64,000 bases of DNA from a virus. Its lineage: Duplodnaviria > Heunggongvirae > Uroviricota > Caudoviricetes. Location: IMG/VR virus record IMGVR_UViG_3300047447_000093, one strand, 5' to 3'. The notes under the pieces are model-generated. The model was not told where the DNA came from. It saw only the letters and a list, made by a program, of their open reading frames with translations, and searched no databases. The position numbers and the translations under genes were made by a program. Position 1 is the stretch's first letter. Each line of letters starts with the position of its first letter. Below, in pieces: positions 47,261 to 56,943 of this stretch.

Positions 47261-47451
47261 TATTCCACTTCCTCAAAATTTTCTACACAATTTCCCGCAA
47301 GAGAAATACCTTCAACCAATCCTGCAAGGAAATCGTATTTAGACTCTACAGATTTAATAGGGAAGAATGCAAAAAGAGGTTTTTCATCTTTTCGTGCAAA
47401 AGCTAGGTGGGTTTTTTGGTTTATTACCACTTCTTTGTATAAAATTATCAT
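47260..47451 (-). CDS. hypothetical protein
   Basis: ATG 47451 with GAGGAA RBS. Track ORF 47260..47499 is trimmed because its 5' end overlaps a tRNA. Confidence 0.35.
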   Translation of the reverse strand: MIILYKEVVINQKTHLAFARKDEKPLFAFFPIKSVESKYDFLAGLVEGISLAGNCVENFEEVE

Positions 47452-47468
47452 TGATTCCTCTGTGTGTT

Positions 47469-47545
47469 TGGTAGGCCATAGTGGATTTGAACCACTCACC
47501 TGAGAATTATGAGTTCCCTGCTCTAACCAACTGAGCTAATGGCCC
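47469..47545 (-). tRNA. tRNA-Met or tRNA-Ile2 (CAU)
   Basis: Reverse complement GGGCCAT-TA-GCTCAGTTGGTTAGAGC...anticodon loop CTCATAA...AGTGG-TTCAAAT-CCACT-ATGGCCT-A-CCA. Confidence 0.7.
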
Positions 47546-47553
47546 TCGTGTTT

Positions 47554-47644
47554 TGGCAGAGAGTATCCGATTTGAACGGATGGAACCTTTACAGATTCGA
47601 CAGGTTAGCAACCTGCTGCCTTAGACCAACTCAGCCAACTCTCT
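47554..47644 (-). tRNA. tRNA-Ser (GCU)
   Basis: Class II tRNA on the minus strand: acceptor AGAGAGT/ACTCTCT, anticodon loop TTGCTAA, long variable arm, T-arm ATCCG-TTCAAAT-CGGAT, CCA encoded. Confidence 0.65.
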
Positions 47645-47645
47645 T

Positions 47646-47733
47646 TGGAGGAACGTAGAGCAATCGAAGCTCTCGGCATCCTTCTCACTGTTTTGTGCCG
47701 TCAACTTAGAAGGTTGATGTGAGGATACGTCCC
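47646..47733 (-). ncRNA. atypical tRNA-like element (possible pseudo-tRNA)
   Basis: Canonical acceptor GGGACGT/ACGTTCC, T-arm AGAGC-TTCGATT-GCTCT and encoded CCA. No D-arm. Two hairpins lie between them: TCAAC-CTTCTAA-GTTGA and CGGCA-17 nt-TGCCG. Confidence 0.4.
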
Positions 47734-47886
47734 ATTGAAACAACATTATACTCTACAACAAAGACTCTGTCAAGGGTTTTTCTACCACACCTGCTTTTTT
47801 AAGAAATCTTTACCAAGCAACCAACTGAGGACTTCCCCACCAACCCTAAATACTGTAACCATAACGGCTACAAAAAAGCCAAACAC

Positions 47887-48156
47887 TCATTTACCACCTC
47901 CATAACGTTTATTCAAAGGGCTTTCTTCAGGCGTATTGTAATACTCCCCTTTACGAAACACCCTATTACTTGTGCAATACTCTTTAATCCTCTTCTCACG
48001 CCTCTCTACAACATCCCTATCCTCCATCCTACTCCCTGCTGTTCGTTGCACAGGGAAGCTTTTAGGAGGCTTGCGAGTGAATATGATGTAGAGGAGAACA
48101 GTGAGTGCAGCTACACAAGCACCAATAAAGAAAGAGGGAATGTCAAGAGTAAGCAT
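47887..48156 (-). CDS. membrane protein
   Basis: 89 aa, N-terminal TM helix. Confidence 0.35.
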   Translation of the reverse strand: MLTLDIPSFFIGACVAALTVLLYIIFTRKPPKSFPVQRTAGSRMEDRDVVERREKRIKEYCTSNRVFRKGEYYNTPEESPLNKRYGGGK

Positions 48157-48157
48157 G

Positions 48158-48379
48158 CTATTTACCTACAAAGATTTTCTTGTCAAAGAATCCGTTCTCA
48201 TACAGTGCAAGAATCATGCAAACAATATTGGCAAGCGGAATAAGCCCTATTACAACATATATCAAAAGTCCACCAATCGTAATGTGCCCATCAATTGCTG
48301 AATCATGTTTAATTGCTTGTTGAATCCAAACCCAAATGGGTATGATATAAAGTAGAACTACTAAAGTGATTGCAAGCAT
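48158..48379 (-). CDS. small membrane protein
   Basis: 73 aa, two TM helices. Confidence 0.35.
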   Translation of the reverse strand: MLAITLVVLLYIIPIWVWIQQAIKHDSAIDGHITIGGLLIYVVIGLIPLANIVCMILALYENGFFDKKIFVGK

Positions 48380-48636
48380 TTCTCATCCTCCAAAATATTC
48401 CACAATTTATCTTCCAACTCTTCCGTTTCACTATCTAGAAGATGATCTACAATACTCACCTTTAAATCTGTTTCTGCTTCAAATACATCTACAATTTCAA
48501 TTTGGGGATATATAGGAGGTTCGTCCCATGTGTATATATCATGCCTCTCTATAGTTCCTTCGTACACATTAAACACCACCATACACTTCAGAGAGCTATT
48601 CCCAATCGTTACATTTGTTTTACGGGCTAAGAGCAT
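48361..48636 (-). CDS. hypothetical protein
   Basis: 91-aa acidic ORF. Confidence 0.35.
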   Translation of the reverse strand: MLLARKTNVTIGNSSLKCMVVFNVYEGTIERHDIYTWDEPPIYPQIEIVDVFEAETDLKVSIVDHLLDSETEELEDKLWNILEDEKCLQSL

Positions 48637-48638
48637 TA

Positions 48639-48779
48639 TTTATCTCGATATACAATTTGAATATAGCCAATTGATGCAACTATCCATCCACCAGCAGCAG
48701 GGAAATTGCCAGCGAGAATGTTTAAAGCGACATTAATCACTGCCATTACAAGGGTTAGTTTAGCCAACGTCATATTTAC
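48639..48779 (-). CDS. small hydrophobic peptide (46 aa, not in track)
   Basis: ATG with AGGAG RBS 8 nt upstream; MTLAKLTLVMAVINVALNILAGNFPAAGGWIVASIGYIQIVYRDK. Confidence 0.3.
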
Positions 48780-48856
48780 TCCTATTCTTTATTTGTCCAC
48801 GTACACTGTCAATTATAATGTATAACACTACAATCATTGCTGCCCAGAAGAAGAAT

Positions 48857-49117
48857 TCAAACATTTTGTGCTTTCCTCTCAAAATTATAGTTATCTACAA
48901 ACCATGTTGCGAGTTCGATTGCATCACTTGTGTAAGTGAGTACGTTAGCCTTTTGGATAATATGTTTTGAAAGGCTTGCGATCAAACTACCTCGTGCTTC
49001 CCAATCAATAGCCTCTTCCTCTGTATCAAAGTATTTGTTGTCAGAAGTTTTGTATTGCATCACTCGTTCAATAGCCATCAATAAATCTCCAAAATAGTTA
49101 GCGGCCCTGCAAAGCAA
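48857..49117 (-). CDS. hypothetical protein
   Basis: 86-aa ORF. Confidence 0.35.
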   Translation of the reverse strand: MLCRAANYFGDLLMAIERVMQYKTSDNKYFDTEEEAIDWEARGSLIASLSKHIIQKANVLTYTSDAIELATWFVDNYNFERKAQNV

Positions 49118-49749
49118 GCTCCCGAGTCAGTGTAAATAACATTACCGAGAGCCTTCGGATGATCCTTTGCAGGCGTATGCCCAACATAAACAAGTTCTAC
49201 ATTCTGCACAAAGGAAGTGTCTTTGTTGTTATATCGACTCCTATCCCACATTGCAACATTCTCATACACAAGCCCAACGTCACTGTTCAAGCCAGCTTCC
49301 AGCTTTGCCCAATCGCCACCGGGTACTTCTGCATGGATGATGCCATACACTTTGTCCCCTACAGTGATGTCAATGGCAATAGGAAGCTTGTCTAGTTGTT
49401 CTGCAATGTATTGTCCTTGTCGTTCATCTACATCACAAATATCAAGGAACCATTGACCACCGTTGTAGGCGTAGATGGAACGATCACAAGGAAACTTGAT
49501 GAAGTCGATAGCCATTTGTTCATGATTACCTCGTACAGAGTGAAACCAAGGCTTTGCAAGCCAATAAAGAACTTCTTCACTGTTCGGGCCACGGTCTACC
49601 AAGTCACCTACAACAAACAGCCTGTCAACGGCTTCATCAAAGCCAATCTCTTTCAGTTCTTTTTCAAGTTTACGGAAGCAACCATGAACATCTCCTGCAA
49701 CGTAATCCTTGCCTTGTTTGTTCTCCTGAAAATGTAACATCTTACTCAT
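49078..49749 (-). CDS. Ser/Thr protein phosphatase (lambda PP / ApaH-like metallophosphoesterase)
   Basis: GDVHGC, GDLVDRGP, GNHE, VGHT motifs in canonical order and spacing. Confidence 0.7.
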   Translation of the reverse strand: MSKMLHFQENKQGKDYVAGDVHGCFRKLEKELKEIGFDEAVDRLFVVGDLVDRGPNSEEVLYWLAKPWFHSVRGNHEQMAIDFIKFPCDRSIYAYNGGQWFLDICDVDERQGQYIAEQLDKLPIAIDITVGDKVYGIIHAEVPGGDWAKLEAGLNSDVGLVYENVAMWDRSRYNNKDTSFVQNVELVYVGHTPAKDHPKALGNVIYTDSGACFAGPLTILEIY

Positions 49750-49949
49750 TGTGGTTTCCTAATGAAATTGTCCATAACGTATTGTAGCAGATTCTCACGC
49801 TCTGTCAACATCTGTTCTCTGTATTCTTCAAGAGCATGGCACAAACTACCTCCGCTTGCTGCTGTGTAGTATGCCCAACAAGCTACACCATACTGTTGTA
49901 GAGCTTGATCGAAGGCTGTTAGTGTGTGGTTATGTGGAGGATTCGTCAT
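49746..49949 (-). CDS. hypothetical protein
   Basis: 67-aa ORF coupled to the phosphatase. Confidence 0.3.
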   Translation of the reverse strand: MTNPPHNHTLTAFDQALQQYGVACWAYYTAASGGSLCHALEEYREQMLTERENLLQYVMDNFIRKPQ

Positions 49950-50029
49950 TTTGTTCCTCTAAGAATTTACGAGGGATGTACTGAAAGGGGAATCGTCCAT
50001 GCCCTGTGTAAACATAGTCGTCGTCTGTG

Positions 50030-50233
50030 TCAGAGTAGAATTGCTTTTTGTCTGTATCCATTTTCAAGTGCCTCTTCTTCATCGGTAAAGTATGTATCAG
50101 CTTCTCTCGGGTCAAAGTAAACAACAGACGGTGACATTACTCGCTCCATCCACTGTCCATGATCGGTGAAGGCATACACTTCTAGGTTTTGATCACATTG
50201 TTTCAATGCTTTAATCAGGTCTTTTACTTTCAT
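50030..50233 (-). CDS. hypothetical protein
   Basis: 67 aa; its start overlaps the upstream stop (ATGA). Preferred over overlapping track ORF 49930..50124. Confidence 0.3.
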   Translation of the reverse strand: MKVKDLIKALKQCDQNLEVYAFTDHGQWMERVMSPSVVYFDPREADTYFTDEEEALENGYRQKAILL

Positions 50234-50436
50234 TCTTCGTCACTTTCAAAAGAAATCCGGCGACAAGCTGTACCTAGCTTCAACAGTTCCAAGAAAGGAA
50301 TCTCTACAACAGATGTCTCAGAAGTGTCAGAAGAACGTACAGACAGATAATACTTACCGTTTCGTTTGTTCAGAGAAATATATGCAGGGTAAGTTAGATA
50401 TGGTGTTTCGGTGTATGCAAATAAGTTTTGGTTCAT
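50230..50436 (-). CDS. hypothetical protein
   Basis: 68-aa ORF. Confidence 0.3.
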   Translation of the reverse strand: MNQNLFAYTETPYLTYPAYISLNKRNGKYYLSVRSSDTSETSVVEIPFLELLKLGTACRRISFESDEE

Positions 50437-51149
50437 TTAGTTTCCTTAGTTAGTTCAATCGAGATAAGTTTCTTTCTAACCATTTCAAATATTTCAGGGT
50501 CGTCATTAAGTGTTTGGTTAGGACGATCATTGAAAAGTATTTCTGAGGCATTGTCATAAGCTTTTGCAGCATCTTCTATTCTATCAAACGTAGAAATATA
50601 ATGATTCTTGATTGCTGCAACATATCTTGTTTTATTCAAATTATAGCGAATACCCTTATACTCAAATAAACAATCCTCTTTCTTTCTTTTGTTATGGCCT
50701 TGAATACTCATACCAGCCCAACGACAATTATCTTTACTATAGTCGCCATCAACATCTTTGCGATCAAGTGTTAAACCCTCTTCATATCCTTCATACATAT
50801 CCTCAATGAATTTCTTGAATGAAGACCAACGTGGATCATAAGTAATCCCTCTACCACCATAATCTTTATACTGAGGGTGCTGCGGATTGTCACACCGTGC
50901 TTTCATGTTGGTGTGAACAAATTTAAATTTTGTTTTGCTCATACCATGTTCTATATGATTACATCCACAACTTTTTGTGTAACCTGCGTATAGATTCTCT
51001 AGCATGGTATCAAACAAAGTTCCACAATGACAGATAACTTCTACTTTTCTACGTTTACGCCCATTAGATTGTGTGTGTGATTCAATTTCTCTTGCAATTG
51101 TAATTCCATTATATTCACTTCCTACTTTAACTGGTTTTGGTAATGACAT
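50433..51149 (-). CDS. HNH homing endonuclease-like protein
   Basis: N-terminal GxxYGxLT..CxCG..TKSCGC module shared with 8883..9620 and 55919..56689. LDRKDVDGDYSKDNCRWA is an HNH_3-type motif. Directly downstream of the DNA polymerase. Confidence 0.55.
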   Translation of the reverse strand: MSLPKPVKVGSEYNGITIAREIESHTQSNGRKRRKVEVICHCGTLFDTMLENLYAGYTKSCGCNHIEHGMSKTKFKFVHTNMKARCDNPQHPQYKDYGGRGITYDPRWSSFKKFIEDMYEGYEEGLTLDRKDVDGDYSKDNCRWAGMSIQGHNKRKKEDCLFEYKGIRYNLNKTRYVAAIKNHYISTFDRIEDAAKAYDNASEILFNDRPNQTLNDDPEIFEMVRKKLISIELTKETK

Positions 51150-51202
51150 AGTAATCTTCCTTATAAAACTTAATAATACTATGCCATATGGTAATTGTCA
51201 AA

Positions 51203-53329
51203 TTAATGGACATCTTTCCAAGACCCTTGATAACTCATCTTACCTTCGGCTGCAAGTGGGAGAGCAAGCTTCAAATACTTTCCAGCTTCTACAATAGCTT
51301 TTTCAGTCATCAACCTAATATCCTCTTGAATTCCATCTTCAACCAACCAAGAATACTCATCATGAACCATGGATATCCGAATCAGTTTTTGTCCTTTGTA
51401 TTTGTAGTAGGGCCGTCCAAATTCATCTAAGTACATTTCTCCTAACCAAGCGTCCATAAAGCAGGCTGCATAAGACATAGCTACCGCACCTGTACCTTGC
51501 CCCAAGCAAGATAGTAAAACATTCTTGCCTCGTACAGAGATCATACGTCCGTCGATACCCGGAATATACTTATTCTTACCCGTAGTTGTGTAGTACTTCT
51601 CTGCTGCTTCTTTAAGCTTACCTAGTCCTACGTTTTTCTCCCAATAGTTATCATAAGCACGTTTACCTTCAGCCTTGGATAAACCTAAACTACTTGCCAG
51701 TTTCGGAGCACCACCACCGAATGCTAGTAGGTAAGCACCAGTTTTTGCCTTGTTTCGCCATGGTTTGAACTTATGATCTTCCTTGTTCTCAGGATTATTA
51801 ATATCAAACTGTTTACATAAACTTGGGAAGAAAGCAAAAGCATTAAAACTGTGCGGATCACCCTCAAGCTGCATCTTTGCAAAAGCACCATTGTCATACT
51901 TGTACGTGTGATGTGAAAGTGTTCTATTTTCAAGTGCTGCTGCGTCTGTACCAATATACCAATACCCTTCAGGGGCATAGAACAAATCTCGCATCTCCGC
52001 ACCAAGTAGAACGTTATCAGATGCCTTTGGACAATTAACCAGAGTACGGTGTTTTACACGAGAGGTAGGGGCATACCCGCTAATTTCTGCGCTCAGTCTA
52101 CCATCAAACCCCATTCGCCAATTGTTAAGCCATCCTGTTACCACGCCAAGCCGATTACGATACGAGAGAAACTTAACTACCTTACTTGGAATCTCACCTT
52201 CCAACTTCAATAGGTTAGGACAAATTTGTCCTTGATGCTGAATCTTTGGAGTAGTTTTGATAAGCTGACCTGTGGCTTGATCACGCATTGGTTTGCCCGT
52301 ATTAGGGTCTTTCTTAAAGTTCCAGAAACCATCAGCAGCAACCCACCCGGCAGTAATGAACCAGTCTTTCAATTCTGCATTATCTTCAATCTCCATCGGA
52401 AGCTTAATATCCAGAATATCATTTGCAACTAACTTCTGTTTTAGTCCGTAGGCATGAATGAATCCTTCTGCATCCAACGTTGCTTTATGTTTCTCAAGCC
52501 ATTTCTTTAACGCAGCACTTTGTTCTCCGTTTTTAGAATATGGTTTTGCTGGCATCTTGTAGAAAGCTTGCTCCGCAGTCTTTAAAGGCCGTGAAGGAAG
52601 CTTAGGATCAACTTCAGCCTTCAGTTTAGCCATCTCAAGTTCAACGTGCTTTACAAGCTTCTTAGCCCGTTCCTGATGAAATGGAGCACCAGAGTACGCT
52701 TGTGCAGAGTACAAAAAGTAATCCTTCTGCATCTGACGGAAACTTGCATGAATCCAATTATCCACTCCGTACATTTCTACAGCCTTTTGCCACTGGCGAT
52801 TGAACACTCCAATAGTCGCATCTACGTCTTCATCACAATACTGATCCATCAAAGGATGATAGAAAGAGAATTCAAATCCTTTCGGATCATCCTTTTTCAT
52901 AACACCAAGCTCAATTAGTTTCTCACGATAAGCCATCTTCTCGTTTTCAGTGCCACGAGATAAATATTCAAGAGAGTGAAAAGGAGAGTCAGGGGAGAGG
53001 TACTGAGAACAAACATAGCAGTCATAAAACTGTACTTGCTTATCTTCAATCCAATCCTTACCTTTCTTCCCTACTCGTGGCTTCAAGCCCAATAATTTCC
53101 ACAGAAGAAAATGATCGTAACCTAGTCCGTTGAAAGACACTACTAAAACTCCATCTTCAAAACTGTTCACCCACTCCATTACTTTTGTGTAAGTTTCTTC
53201 TTTAGTTTCTCGGAATGGGTAAACTTTCAGAGAACGAGAACCGTCAAGAGTTTTGAAGCGGATATACCAAATTTTTGAAGCTTGTAAATATAAATTATTT
53301 GCTTCCGCGTCTATGCACCAACCGTTCAT
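51203..53329 (-). CDS. DNA polymerase, family A (T7 gp5-like, with 3'-5' exonuclease)
   Basis: 708 aa. Exo motifs CIDAEANN and FNGLGYDH. Pol motifs RVKHRTLVNCP, RNKAKTGAYLLAFGGG (K...YG), MVHDEY. Confidence 0.85.
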   Translation of the reverse strand: MNGWCIDAEANNLYLQASKIWYIRFKTLDGSRSLKVYPFRETKEETYTKVMEWVNSFEDGVLVVSFNGLGYDHFLLWKLLGLKPRVGKKGKDWIEDKQVQFYDCYVCSQYLSPDSPFHSLEYLSRGTENEKMAYREKLIELGVMKKDDPKGFEFSFYHPLMDQYCDEDVDATIGVFNRQWQKAVEMYGVDNWIHASFRQMQKDYFLYSAQAYSGAPFHQERAKKLVKHVELEMAKLKAEVDPKLPSRPLKTAEQAFYKMPAKPYSKNGEQSAALKKWLEKHKATLDAEGFIHAYGLKQKLVANDILDIKLPMEIEDNAELKDWFITAGWVAADGFWNFKKDPNTGKPMRDQATGQLIKTTPKIQHQGQICPNLLKLEGEIPSKVVKFLSYRNRLGVVTGWLNNWRMGFDGRLSAEISGYAPTSRVKHRTLVNCPKASDNVLLGAEMRDLFYAPEGYWYIGTDAAALENRTLSHHTYKYDNGAFAKMQLEGDPHSFNAFAFFPSLCKQFDINNPENKEDHKFKPWRNKAKTGAYLLAFGGGAPKLASSLGLSKAEGKRAYDNYWEKNVGLGKLKEAAEKYYTTTGKNKYIPGIDGRMISVRGKNVLLSCLGQGTGAVAMSYAACFMDAWLGEMYLDEFGRPYYKYKGQKLIRISMVHDEYSWLVEDGIQEDIRLMTEKAIVEAGKYLKLALPLAAEGKMSYQGSWKDVH

Positions 53330-53342
53330 TCGTTCTCCTTAT

Positions 53343-55088
53343 TTAAATATGAGATGGGGCGTTCTTCTCATACCAATCATCCAAATCCCACAGCTTATGT
53401 TTTTCCATTTCGTAGTAATACTTCCCTACGAAACCTGTGTCACCAACCCCACGAGCTTTGGAAAGCTTCATGGTAGTGGTGTTTCTTTCTTCCTCTGTCT
53501 CAGCATCTTTATTTCGCATCAGGATGAGGTTTACGCCTCCTGATTTGAAGATGGTGGAGCTACCCATCATATCTTCTTCTGAAAGCTCTGCGCCCTTGCT
53601 ATTGGCTTTCTGGCCCTGTCCAGATTTACGGGAATGGTTGACGTTGACGAAAGTGATACCCTTCTTCATCCAACCCTTCATCCAACCCATGAATTTAGCT
53701 TGCTCATCTTCCCCAAGCATGTCAAAGACATCTTGGATAGGGTCAATGATGATGATTTTGCACTCAAGGCTTACAATCAAATACTCTACACGTTCCTGTA
53801 GGGTTTCGGCTTCAGCGTCTAGAATGTAGAAGCGTGGATTGCCGTCAGCATCATAGAACAATTGCTGCTGCAACTCTAGTATATCCTCATTCTCAATGAA
53901 TTGCAAGCGTTCATCTACAGTTTCAAACAGATTCATCTTCACTTCCGAGAATGCAGAAAGAAGATTTACACCATACTCTCCCTCACATGTCTCCATAGGA
54001 ATGATGCCAACTTTCTTATCGGCATTCATGATCCAGTGAAGGGTCATTGCATCTACGTGAGTCGATTTTCCGGTTCCGCTGGCCGATAGAATATTGAAGA
54101 TACAGACAGGAAGGCCACCACGAAGCTTCTTTTGTAGCTTGTGCAAATAAGGTGGAAGTGTCAGGCGTGGCTTACTCAGAAACTCCTTCATCTTGTCTGT
54201 AATGTCCGTTGAGGCTGTAATGCCATACGGGACATACTTCTTAGCTTTCAGGAAATCTTGAATAAACTCTTGTTGCTTCCCCTTCTCTACATATACATCT
54301 GCATCTTTGTAACGCATACGCATCACCCAAGCCTTACCCTTAGGCAACACTTTGATGATGTTCTCGATAGCCTTCTGCCCTGCTTCGTCCTCGTCCATAC
54401 AAACAATAATCTTCTTAAACTGATTGAAGAATTCGTATTGTGCTTGAACTTGTTTGTGTACTGCACCTTCCCCTAAAGTGGAGCATACCACTGCTGTTGT
54501 TTCATAATCTAGCTTGCCACGGCTTGATTGATTATCGTACAGCATTTGATACGTGGACATTGCCTTAGTTTCTCCAGCGGAGATGATGCAAGTTCCAGTG
54601 TGGGTTTTGAATCGGAATTGGAAAACCATGTCGCATTCTTTGCCAACCTGTCCAATTGGTTGAGAGAAGTCTTTAGGAAACACTCGTGTCCGATATCCTA
54701 CAAGTTCTCCGTTGATTGTTGTTGGAACGTATTGCTTTACAGGTTGTCCGGTTTCTTGATCATACTGATAACGAACCCCGAAGAATGTATTAGTTTCTTT
54801 CTTTAAACCTCTCCACCCTTTTGCATCCATTCCTGTGTGGCTTTTGAGCCGTTCATTTTCTTCTTTTGTGATAGCATCACGAGTCACTACATCCTCCTCT
54901 TCAATTTCTTCTTCGTCTACACCAAGCTCTGCCTTTCGTGCATCTGACAGAATACTTTTGTTACACGAGTAGCAATAACCTCCTTGCCCCTCTCCGTACC
55001 AATGGAATCCATCACTAGAGCCACAGCCACGAAAAGGGCAAGGATTTTTGCCGTATTTAAATTCCGGTAGTTTCTTTCCACTTTTCAA
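53343..55088 (-). CDS. primase-helicase (T7 gp4-like)
   Basis: N-terminal zinc ribbon CPFRGCG...CYSCN, a TOPRIM-like middle region, and a C-terminal helicase with Walker A SASGTGKST. Confidence 0.8.
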   Translation of the reverse strand: MKSGKKLPEFKYGKNPCPFRGCGSSDGFHWYGEGQGGYCYSCNKSILSDARKAELGVDEEEIEEEDVVTRDAITKEENERLKSHTGMDAKGWRGLKKETNTFFGVRYQYDQETGQPVKQYVPTTINGELVGYRTRVFPKDFSQPIGQVGKECDMVFQFRFKTHTGTCIISAGETKAMSTYQMLYDNQSSRGKLDYETTAVVCSTLGEGAVHKQVQAQYEFFNQFKKIIVCMDEDEAGQKAIENIIKVLPKGKAWVMRMRYKDADVYVEKGKQQEFIQDFLKAKKYVPYGITASTDITDKMKEFLSKPRLTLPPYLHKLQKKLRGGLPVCIFNILSASGTGKSTHVDAMTLHWIMNADKKVGIIPMETCEGEYGVNLLSAFSEVKMNLFETVDERLQFIENEDILELQQQLFYDADGNPRFYILDAEAETLQERVEYLIVSLECKIIIIDPIQDVFDMLGEDEQAKFMGWMKGWMKKGITFVNVNHSRKSGQGQKANSKGAELSEEDMMGSSTIFKSGGVNLILMRNKDAETEEERNTTTMKLSKARGVGDTGFVGKYYYEMEKHKLWDLDDWYEKNAPSHI

Positions 55089-55416
55089 AGTAATATTTCA
55101 CCATCCTTTCCACTAACACAGGATTGAGCGTTACAATATCTTTCTTAAGACGTTCCTCAGTTTTCTCCTGCTTAACGTAAGACATAAATGCACCAAGCTC
55201 TTTACCTTGTAAGCCTGTCCAACCTGCCACAAGCTCTCCATTATAACGCCTTTTGAACTCCTGATGATAAGCTAGGTCTGCTTGAGCCTGTTCATATTGT
55301 TCTTTGAATGTCGGAATCTTTTCAAACAAATAAGGCAACCAACCAGATTTATCCTCCAATGTCTCTGCACATCTCTTGTTCAAACACAAAGCACAATTCC
55401 TTGTACATCTGCTCAC
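55057..55416 (-). CDS. hypothetical protein
   Basis: 119-aa ORF with a Cys cluster at the N-terminus. Confidence 0.35.
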   Translation of the reverse strand: MSRCTRNCALCLNKRCAETLEDKSGWLPYLFEKIPTFKEQYEQAQADLAYHQEFKRRYNGELVAGWTGLQGKELGAFMSYVKQEKTEERLKKDIVTLNPVLVERMVKYYFEKWKETTGI

Positions 55417-55520
55417 TCACAGGGCCAGCGCTTAGATACATAGCTTCATGAATCCTCAAATAATCCTCATATCTAAAGTTTCTCGCCCATGCTTCTGCCT
55501 CTGGAGTGCTCCAAATTGAT

Positions 55521-55922
55521 TTAATCATTAATGACAACCCTTCCAATCGACAGTGTAATTTCTTTCTCTTCTTTTGGCAAGTATTCCTTCCATGTCTTGC
55601 TCCACGGCCCTCTAAAGCTCAACACCCATGTTTTCTCCGCTACACCAAATACTTTGTGCATACGCTCACGAGTGGTGTAGACAGGCTTCAAAGAAGGTTT
55701 AAAAGTTGTTACATCATAATTCATATCATCTTTGACTACTTCTACCAAACCACCCTTCAACACCCATGACACAGCATTAAACGCATGATTGTGAAAAGCT
55801 TCCCTGCTTCCTTTATCAAATCGCAGCAACACAATAGAGAACAGAGATTTAGCCTCAATGAGCCACCATCCTGTAACGTTACTCTCAGAGCCACCATCTT
55901 TACTCTTGAAGAACAGCTTCAT
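55521..55922 (-). CDS. hypothetical protein
   Basis: 133-aa ORF. Confidence 0.35.
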   Translation of the reverse strand: MKLFFKSKDGGSESNVTGWWLIEAKSLFSIVLLRFDKGSREAFHNHAFNAVSWVLKGGLVEVVKDDMNYDVTTFKPSLKPVYTTRERMHKVFGVAEKTWVLSFRGPWSKTWKEYLPKEEKEITLSIGRVVIND

Positions 55923-56689
55923 TTCCCATGCCTTTCTGTGTATCCAGCGCCTTGTAAATTCATTTCACGTATCATTTCTTCCCTCCATTCACAAGCTTGC
56001 TTGAATGCTTCCTCTTCACCTAATTTTAGAAAGGAAAAACACTTGGATTTTTGTTTTCCATCCGAATTTTTATAAAAAGCTTGGTAGTAAAAATAAGCTC
56101 TCTGACCAGTCTTTTGAGTTTTCATCAAAGAAACACCAGTTACACCAGAGGTGTTGGTGGACATTTTGCGAATGTTCCTTCCATTTATTTTCTTCTCTAC
56201 AAGTCGGAGATTTTCAATTTTGTTGTTAAGAGGGTTTCCATCTATGTGGTCTACAACCAACCTCTCATCTTCAATTTTACCGTTAAACATTTCCCAAATA
56301 ACAACATGACAAAGTTTTCTAGTGTTGTTAATCAGAGTTCTCCAATACCCCTTACTCTTATCAATAAATCCAACCAAATCACCTACTTCACAAATAAGTT
56401 GCGAGTAATTTTTACCTGTATACCTTTTAACTTTCCAAAACAATCCACTAGGGCTGTCCTCCGAATAGTAAAAGAGTTGATTCCAATCATCAGTAATTAA
56501 ATTCTGAGGTTTAGGTTGTTTGGGATTTCTAACCTCACCCCTCTTTAAACTTTTCCAAGTGGTATTTACCTCACAAGCAAAATCACCTTCAAATTCTACT
56601 ACAATATCACTTTTACTCTTAAAGTTTAGTACCTTACACCATCCACAACATTTTGTAAGAAACTTCTCACCAACTCCTAATTTCAACAT
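55919..56689 (-). CDS. HNH-AP2 homing endonuclease-like protein
   Basis: VVDHIDGNPLNNKIENLRLV is an HNH motif; SGVTGVSLMKTQKTGQRAYFYYQAF is an AP2-type domain. C-terminal GAGYTERHGK tail shared with 8883..9620. Confidence 0.65.
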   Translation of the reverse strand: MLKLGVGEKFLTKCCGWCKVLNFKSKSDIVVEFEGDFACEVNTTWKSLKRGEVRNPKQPKPQNLITDDWNQLFYYSEDSPSGLFWKVKRYTGKNYSQLICEVGDLVGFIDKSKGYWRTLINNTRKLCHVVIWEMFNGKIEDERLVVDHIDGNPLNNKIENLRLVEKKINGRNIRKMSTNTSGVTGVSLMKTQKTGQRAYFYYQAFYKNSDGKQKSKCFSFLKLGEEEAFKQACEWREEMIREMNLQGAGYTERHGK

Positions 56690-56943
56690 TAAAAATCATC
56701 CGAATTATGAATTTCACGAAGAATAAATTTTAAAGCTCGCTGGTTTCTAACTTGAAGTTTTTGTTGCGTTTTTTCTTTATTTAAAATATTGTGTGCCATG
56801 TATTCCAACTCCAACACATTTTCTTCATCAAATTCTTTCTTTGCTGCCCTAAGACCAGCAATCACTTGATGTGAATAATTGATAGTATCTCTGTTCATAC
56901 TCAGCAAGGACTGTACAGCAGACAGCAACTCTTGTTTGTTCAT
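56689..56943 (-). CDS. hypothetical protein
   Basis: 84-aa ORF. Confidence 0.3.
   Translation of the reverse strand: MNKQELLSAVQSLLSMNRDTINYSHQVIAGLRAAKKEFDEENVLELEYMAHNILNKEKTQQKLQVRNQRALKFILREIHNSDDF

Noticed and set aside
49930-50124. 64-aa minus ORF
   Set aside because: Overlaps 50030..50233 by 95 nt in another frame. The latter is translationally coupled to its upstream neighbour.
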